The position numbers and the translations under genes are program-made. The notes below the pieces were generated by a model. That model had not been told where the DNA came from. It made no database searches and saw only the letters and a list, made by a program, of their open reading frames with translations. DNA of 64,000 nt from Candidatus Aquilonibacter sp. (GTDB lineage: Bacteria; Verrucomicrobiota; Verrucomicrobiia; Limisphaerales; UBA11358), in the NCBI GenBank assembly GCA_035504945.1, contig DATJRH010000031.1, positions 3,018 to 67,017 on the forward strand. The letters are read 5' to 3'. Positions 58,410-64,000 of the stretch are shown in pieces. Position 1 is the stretch's first letter. Each line of letters starts with the position of its first letter.

Positions 58410-59273
58410 ATCAAAGCAGGCACTCGCATCAAGTTCTGGGGTGTGCGCGGCTCAATTCCGACGCCCGGGCCGGCCACCGTGCGTTATGGTGGCAACACCT
58501 CCTGCATCGAAGTCCGCAACGGCGATGAAATCATCATCCTCGACGCGGGCACCGGCTTGCGTCCGCTCGGCCTTGCGCTGCTGGAGGAATTCAAAGGCCG
58601 GCCGCTGAACCTGACCCTGCTCATCACGCACACACATTGGGACCACATCCAGGGACTGCCGTTCTTCGCGCCGATTTACAACCCGCGCTGCCGGCTGCGC
58701 ATTCTGGGCTGCCAGGGTTCGCGCGAAGGCCTGCTCAACGCGTTGACCGGCCAGATGGAAAGCACCTACTTTCCCGTGCCGTTCTCCAAACTGCCCGGCA
58801 ACATCGAAATCGAGGAACTCGAAAACTTCAACTTCGACATCGGCCCCGTGCTCGTGCGGGCGCAGCGCGCCAACCATCCGGGCGTTTGCGTCGGTTACCG
58901 GCTCTTTTCGCCCGATGGCATTGTCACCTATTTTCCCGACACCGAGCCGCGTCCCGGCGGCGATGACCGCGAGATGATCGAATTCATCCGCGACGCCGAC
59001 GTACTCATCCTTGACTCGCAATACGACCGTGCGGAATACCGCGCGCACACCGGCTGGGGGCACGGCTGCGTGGACGATTCCGTGGCGCTCGCGCTGAAGG
59101 CCGGGGTGAAAAAACTCTGCCTCTTCCACCACGACCCCGCGCACGACGACAAGCAAATTGATTCCTTTCTGAAACACGCGCGCCGGCTGGCAGCGGAACA
59201 AAAGGCGAAGCTCAAGGTGGACGCCGCGCGCGAAGGCATGACCATTCGGTTGGGCGGAAAAAGTCCGGGCTGA
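58410..59273 (+). CDS. MBL-fold metallo-hydrolase (possible non-canonical ATC start)
   Basis: KFWGVRGSIP, YGGNTSC, LDAGTG, THTHWDHIQG, GWGH, FHHDP. The conserved N-terminus extends upstream of GTG 58443. Confidence 0.88.
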   Translation: MKAGTRIKFWGVRGSIPTPGPATVRYGGNTSCIEVRNGDEIIILDAGTGLRPLGLALLEEFKGRPLNLTLLITHTHWDHIQGLPFFAPIYNPRCRLRILGCQGSREGLLNALTGQMESTYFPVPFSKLPGNIEIEELENFNFDIGPVLVRAQRANHPGVCVGYRLFSPDGIVTYFPDTEPRPGGDDREMIEFIRDADVLILDSQYDRAEYRAHTGWGHGCVDDSVALALKAGVKKLCLFHHDPAHDDKQIDSFLKHARRLAAEQKAKLKVDAAREGMTIRLGGKSPG

Positions 59274-59330
59274 TTCTTTGTCGCAGGCCAGCTGGGAACA
59301 TTTCCGGTCTGGACCGGTTTCCTTTTCAGA

Positions 59331-59428
59331 TAGCGCGGACATTCTTGTCTGCGAGTTTGCGGGACATTCTTGTCCCGTGCCCCGCCCGTGCGAAAGTGGC
59401 GACTGGAAAGTCGCCAAGACCCGCAGGC
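59331..59428. repeat. REP-like hairpin cluster
   Basis: cgcggaca-ttct-tgtctgcg, cgggaca-ttct-tgtcccg, ggcgact-ggaa-agtcgcc; between convergent genes. Confidence 0.7.
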
Positions 59429-59647
59429 TCTATCAATGGAACAACCAAAACTCAAAGCTGCTATAAAAAGTAATGAGGCTGCTATCTCATATCTTCCGAG
59501 GTCGTCTAACGATCCCAATCCTGCATTTGCAGGATTACGCCGGTAATTTGGACTCTGAATTTTCAGAACTGAATCGAAAACCCGCGGGTCGCTGTCCTTC
59601 CGCAGGAGTGAAAATCCATGCGCGAAGGCGGTGGAGATAAGCTCCCT

Positions 59648-60583
59648 TTATTTCTTCTCCGCTTCAATGCCGGCGAACAGGCTTTCAAGGTTGTTCAGCG
59701 GCGGGGCCGTTTTGGATTGCAAAATCAACCGCAAATAATCCACGGCGTCGGGCACATTGCGGACGGATTTGGGCAGCAGCGCGCCGGCGGCGTTGGCGTG
59801 GCCGCCGCCTTGGAATTTTTCCGCGACTTTCAGCGCCTCGCCGTTGCGGCTGCGGAAGCTGGCAAAAACGGCGTTGCCGCGCCGAAACAGCGTGACGAGC
59901 ACGGAGTATTTCACCGCCTCCTGTTCGAGCATTTGATGGACGATGAGGTTGTTGTTGCCCACGACGGTGTCCACGAAGCCGACGGTGGGGCTGATTTCCA
60001 CGACGTTCGCCTTGCTCCACTCGAAGCCGAGCGGATTTTCGACGCGGCGCTTGACGGCCATGACTTCAAGCAGCGGATGGTCCAGCAATTTTTCCACGTC
60101 GCCTCCGATGAGGGTGTGGAGGTTCCAGAATTGATAGGTCTTGACGAGGTTCGCGTAATCGCCGGCGAGCGCGAAGTCGGGGTCGTCTTCGAGAAACAAA
60201 TCGGCGACGTTGTTCAAATGGACGAGACGATCCAGCGCGGGCGATTGAATGCCATTTTCCCGGCACAGTTCGTAGCAGAGCGACGCGGCGGATTTGTTGA
60301 CGTCGTGGATGAGCCGGGCGTATTTGGGCGAAAATTCGGTGACGTGATGGTCGAGGATGAGCCAGTCGGGCTTGTCCATGCGCGGTTCAAAGGTGAAGTC
60401 GGCGGCCCAGGCGGAGGATTCGCGGAGTTCGCGCTGTTTCCAGTAATTGTAATGATGCGCTTCGAGCGGGATGTCCTTGTCGAAAAGTTTTCGGGCGAGC
60501 TTTTGCAGTAGCGCACCCGCAAGCAATCCGTCGAGGTCACTTTCGTGGGTGAAAATGACATCCGGTTTTGGCAATGGCTCCAT
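59648..60583 (-). CDS. DHH-family phosphoesterase
   Basis: THESDLDG, ILDHH, GGGHANAAG (DHHA1). Start ATG 60583. Confidence 0.88.
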   Translation of the reverse strand: MEPLPKPDVIFTHESDLDGLLAGALLQKLARKLFDKDIPLEAHHYNYWKQRELRESSAWAADFTFEPRMDKPDWLILDHHVTEFSPKYARLIHDVNKSAASLCYELCRENGIQSPALDRLVHLNNVADLFLEDDPDFALAGDYANLVKTYQFWNLHTLIGGDVEKLLDHPLLEVMAVKRRVENPLGFEWSKANVVEISPTVGFVDTVVGNNNLIVHQMLEQEAVKYSVLVTLFRRGNAVFASFRSRNGEALKVAEKFQGGGHANAAGALLPKSVRNVPDAVDYLRLILQSKTAPPLNNLESLFAGIEAEKK

Positions 60584-60660
60584 CGCGGCAGGATAAATCA
60601 ATTTCGCGCGCATGGCGAGGCGCGAATTAGGATTACGATTAAGATTAAGAAAAATCCGAA

Positions 60661-62307
60661 TCAGGGCAGTTCGTGGCCGGGGATGCTGCAAGTCGGATTT
60701 TCGCCGATGGCGTTGATGCTGTAAGTGCCGCCGGACGGGCAAACCGGCCAACTGGGAAGATAGGGCAACAGGTCGTCCTTGGTTGGAACGTCGCCGACTT
60801 TCTTGCCGTTTTCCAAGGCCCACTGTTCTTTGGCGGCATCAATCTGGCGGAGGTTGTTGATGCAGGCGTTGCGCTGGGCGGTTTCGCGCGCCTTCTCAAA
60901 ATTGGGAATGGCGATGGCCGCCATCATTCCGACCACGGCGACGGCAGGCAGGATGGTGGCGGTGTAAGCGTAGCTCTGGCTGCTGTTGCCGACGGTCAGG
61001 CAACCGTTGTCGGTGTTGATGCCGACCGAATAGGTAAACATGGGCTTCTGGCTGAAGAGCGATTGCATCCACTGGGCTTGCGCCGGAGACGAATCGCGCG
61101 CGGCGGCGGCATTCATGGCCTGCTGTTGAATTTGAAACATAGTCTGGCTGAACCGCTGGCTGACGAAGGTGAACTGGTTTCCTTGGTCGGGAATATTTTG
61201 CGAGAGGCGTTTGAATTCAGCGGTGCTTTGCAGGCCGGGGGTTTTCCCGCTTTTCACCGCGAGCACTTCATTTACAAGATCGTCGGACGAGGCGATGAAC
61301 AAATAGCCGCCGCCGGTGGCGGCGGTGGGACGGAGTTCGCCGATGAACGGAATGGGCACGGGTATCGTCCGCATTTTGAGTCCGGCGTTGTCAACGCTGA
61401 TGACCTGCGGATTTTGTTTCAACACCTGGTCGAGGCGGTTGAAAATGGTGTCGTCGTTAACCTTGATGACGATGAGCAGGCCGGGTTCGGGAATTTCCGC
61501 GGCGCCGGAAGGCGGCAACGGAATGGGAATTTTGTTGTCATCGTCCAGCGTGAGCACAAAGCCGAATTCGCCGCCGAGCGAGTTCAGGAAATCGTCCCAT
61601 TTGATTTGCGTCTGCTGTTCAAATTTGGCCGGCAGTTTTTGCATCAATTCCTGCGCCTGCGGAAAATCGGACTCGGCCACCTCCTGTTGCGCGACCGACC
61701 ACAGCAGCGGCGCGTCCATGTCCGAAAACACCGCCAGCGCCGTGTTGGACGGCAGCATATCCAGTCCCGCGAGCGGATGCGGCTGCTTGCCCAAAAAATT
61801 CCACAGGAAGCCCGTGCCTTTACCCGGATAATGATGCAGCAGCGCCTTGTTGCGGTAGAGTCCGGGTTCAATCTCAATCGAACTCATGCCGACGCCGGTG
61901 ACGTCCTCGATGCCGCTGTCCTTGATGAGACGGGCGGCGACGCCGAACGCCTTGTCCACGTTGGCGCGGTCTTCGCCGTTCATGTCCGGCATGGACTCGA
62001 AAGCCTGCTGCCAATGCGAGACTTTTGCGGAAAGGTTTTCCAGCCATTGCGCGGTGCTAAGATAAAGATAGAAATCGCCGCCCGGGTCGAGCTGCGATGT
62101 GACTTCGTTGAAACTGGTTTTCTCCACCGACACAAAGGCCGGGCTGGAGGGCGTTCCGGCGGCGGGCATTGCTCCGCCAGCCATTGGAGATTGCGGCGGG
62201 TTTTGTCCGGCAGATGGCGACTCCTTTTTTTTGCAGCCGAAGCTGGCGGCGGCGAGGAGGCCGATTAAAGCGGCGGTGGCACAGATGAGGAAGCGTGGAT
62301 TTTTCAT
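60661..62307 (-). CDS. Lipoprotein (DUF3352-like) fused to a C-terminal pilin-like domain
   Basis: Lipobox (ASFGC); C-terminal AAIAIPNF.KAR..AQ.NACINNLRQID.AK.QWALE...CP.GG.Y. Confidence 0.7.
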   Translation of the reverse strand: MKNPRFLICATAALIGLLAAASFGCKKKESPSAGQNPPQSPMAGGAMPAAGTPSSPAFVSVEKTSFNEVTSQLDPGGDFYLYLSTAQWLENLSAKVSHWQQAFESMPDMNGEDRANVDKAFGVAARLIKDSGIEDVTGVGMSSIEIEPGLYRNKALLHHYPGKGTGFLWNFLGKQPHPLAGLDMLPSNTALAVFSDMDAPLLWSVAQQEVAESDFPQAQELMQKLPAKFEQQTQIKWDDFLNSLGGEFGFVLTLDDDNKIPIPLPPSGAAEIPEPGLLIVIKVNDDTIFNRLDQVLKQNPQVISVDNAGLKMRTIPVPIPFIGELRPTAATGGGYLFIASSDDLVNEVLAVKSGKTPGLQSTAEFKRLSQNIPDQGNQFTFVSQRFSQTMFQIQQQAMNAAAARDSSPAQAQWMQSLFSQKPMFTYSVGINTDNGCLTVGNSSQSYAYTATILPAVAVVGMMAAIAIPNFEKARETAQRNACINNLRQIDAAKEQWALENGKKVGDVPTKDDLLPYLPSWPVCPSGGTYSINAIGENPTCSIPGHELP

Positions 62308-62431
62308 AAAAGTTTTTGGTTTGCAACTGCGTTGATTTATCAGAAGCCAAACACTTTTTGAAAAAAGGTAAAGCGAAAAACATTATTTTTTACTTGCTTA
62401 AAAACGGCAGGTGAATCTTCATGGTTCAATC

Positions 62432-63088
62432 ATGAACTCCGAACCGCAACCCCGCAAAAAAGACGGCTTCACCCTGGTCGGCCTGCTGGTCATCATCGCG
62501 GTGCTGGCCATTCTCGCGGCCATGCTGCTGCCGGCGCTGGCGAGCGCGAAGAGAAAAGCGCAGCGCATCAATTGCGTCAACAACCTGAAACAATGCGGCC
62601 TCGCCTTTCGCATTTGGGCGGGCGACAACAACGACAAGTATCCGATGTCTGTTCCCGGCAGCCAGGGCGGCACGATGGAATTCAACAGCAGCGCGGACAC
62701 GTTCCGCCATTTTCAAGCCATGTCCAATGAATTGGTCGTGGCGAAAATTTTAATTTGTCCCGCGGACACGCGCGTTGCCGCCAGAAATTTTGACCATTTA
62801 AAAAATCAAAACGTCAGTTATTTCGTCGGCCTGGACGCGAGCGATGAATTTCCGCAGCGGTTCCTCGACGGCGACCGCAACATCACCAGCGACAACAAAC
62901 CGGAAAATGGCATTCTCCGACTTGTCCCCGGCCAGAACGCCAGTTGGACGGAAACCATGCACGTCAATCAGGGCAACCTCGGCCTGTCGGACGGCAGTGT
63001 GCAGGAAACTTCAGATTCCGATCTGCGCGACACGCTGCAAAATTCCGGCGACCCGACCAACGTCTGGCGGATTTCTCTGCCGGAATAA
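62432..63088 (+). CDS. Prepilin-type N-terminal / H-X9-DG domain protein
   Basis: [37 protein letters not shown]-terminal [12 protein letters not shown]. Confidence 0.85.
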   Translation: MNSEPQPRKKDGFTLVGLLVIIAVLAILAAMLLPALASAKRKAQRINCVNNLKQCGLAFRIWAGDNNDKYPMSVPGSQGGTMEFNSSADTFRHFQAMSNELVVAKILICPADTRVAARNFDHLKNQNVSYFVGLDASDEFPQRFLDGDRNITSDNKPENGILRLVPGQNASWTETMHVNQGNLGLSDGSVQETSDSDLRDTLQNSGDPTNVWRISLPE

Positions 63089-63182
63089 TTCGATTAGCGC
63101 GGCAACTTACTTTTGCTTTGAAATCCGCTGCTTTCTTCGCCAGAATCTACGCTCGCTTTGGATTCTGAATTCCACGCTTGAA

Positions 63183-64000
63183 ATGAAACGCACGCAACAT
63201 TGCAACGAACTGCGCCCGGCGCATATCGGCCAGACCGTCACGCTCACCGGCTGGGTCCACTCGCGCCGCGACCTCGGCGGCCTCATCTTCATTGACATCC
63301 GCGACCGCGAAGGCCGCACGCAGACGGTTTTTGACCCGTCGGATTTGCCGAAGGAATTGTTTGAACGTGCCGCCGCGTTGCGCAGCGAATGTGTGGTCAG
63401 CGTCAGCGGCAAGGTCCGGCAACGGCCCGCCGGCACGAACAACCCGAAAATTCCCACCGGCGAAATCGAAGTGCTCTCGCAATCGCTCGACGTGCTGAAC
63501 ATGGCGGAAGTCCTGCCATTTCCCGTGGACGATCCGGAAGTCGCCAGCAAGGTTAACGAGGAATTGCGCCTGCAATATCGCTACCTCGATCTGCGCCGGC
63601 CGGAAATGGCGCGCAACTTGAAACTGCGCAGCAAGGTCGCCATCGCCACGCGCCAGTTCATGGACGAGCAGGGCTTTCTCGAAGTCGAGACGCCCACGCT
63701 GTTCAAGTCCACGCCCGAAGGCGCGCGGGAATTTCTCGTGCCCAATCGCCGCGAGCCGGGGACGTTCTACGCGCTGCCGCAGTCGCCGCAGCAGTTCAAA
63801 CAGATTTTGATGGTCGCCGGCGTGGAAAAGTATTTCCAGCTCGCGCGTTGTTACCGTGACGAGGATTTGCGCGCCGACCGTCAGCCGGAGTTCACGCAGG
63901 TGGACATCGAAATGTCGTTCATCGAACGCGAGGACATTTATAATTTAATTGAAGGTTTGCTGAAACGGATTTGGAAAATCGCGCTGAACATTGACGTGCC
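63183..64000 (+). CDS. aspS: Aspartate--tRNA ligase (3'-truncated by window edge)
   Basis: Read directly from the [81 protein letters not shown]. Confidence 0.96.
   Translation, partial: MKRTQHCNELRPAHIGQTVTLTGWVHSRRDLGGLIFIDIRDREGRTQTVFDPSDLPKELFERAAALRSECVVSVSGKVRQRPAGTNNPKIPTGEIEVLSQSLDVLNMAEVLPFPVDDPEVASKVNEELRLQYRYLDLRRPEMARNLKLRSKVAIATRQFMDEQGFLEVETPTLFKSTPEGAREFLVPNRREPGTFYALPQSPQQFKQILMVAGVEKYFQLARCYRDEDLRADRQPEFTQVDIEMSFIEREDIYNLIEGLLKRIWKIALNIDV

Noticed and set aside
59436..59546. 36-aa ORF MEQPKLKAAIK...
   Set aside because: Short, atypical composition, no motif or clear start signal.
1..64000. tRNA, rRNA, integrase or transposase marking the nickel block as an island
   Set aside because: None recognised by eye; no flanking direct repeats, and the composition of the lar genes matches the backbone.

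Overview
Bacterial chromosomal window, roughly 55-60% GC by eye. It is probably from Verrucomicrobiota (Pedosphaera/Limisphaerales-like); this is an inference from the H-X9-DG prepilin, a DUF3568-like lipoprotein and the style of the autotransporter-repeat protein. The left 36 kb is mostly housekeeping and envelope genes: tyrS, murJ, ispE, tatCA, tol-pal, bioD, tig, tolC, exeAB-like, hisC, purF, hsp20-lon, gspF/H/I/J/K, yraN and rnhB. The most interesting block is 36.2-47.7 kb. It holds nikR, a TonB-dependent receptor and a NiCoT permease around two tandem NikR-like operators, and the nickel-pincer nucleotide (NPN) cofactor genes larB-larC-larE. No larA is present in the window. Directly upstream of larB and co-oriented with it is a 1532-aa exported protein whose DUF362 domain has an H-x9-K motif spaced like the LarA active-site His174/Lys184. 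It is a candidate new, possibly extracytoplasmic, NPN-dependent enzyme. Next come a putative low-oxygen module (radical SAM, cNMP-binding protein, PocR-AraC, FixL-type PAS kinase and response regulator, cydAB), several single genes, two pilin-like genes and the 5' part of aspS. Recurrent sequence-level features are apparent leaderless promoters (-10 hexamer 5-7 nt before the start codon), 6/7/8/9-mer tandem micro-repeats (some in frame inside genes), a 195-bp REP-type palindrome inserted in frame into a signal peptide, and AT-rich in-frame patches inside conserved genes. I recognised no rRNA, tRNA, CRISPR array, transposase or integrase. All family calls come from motif recognition, not database searches.
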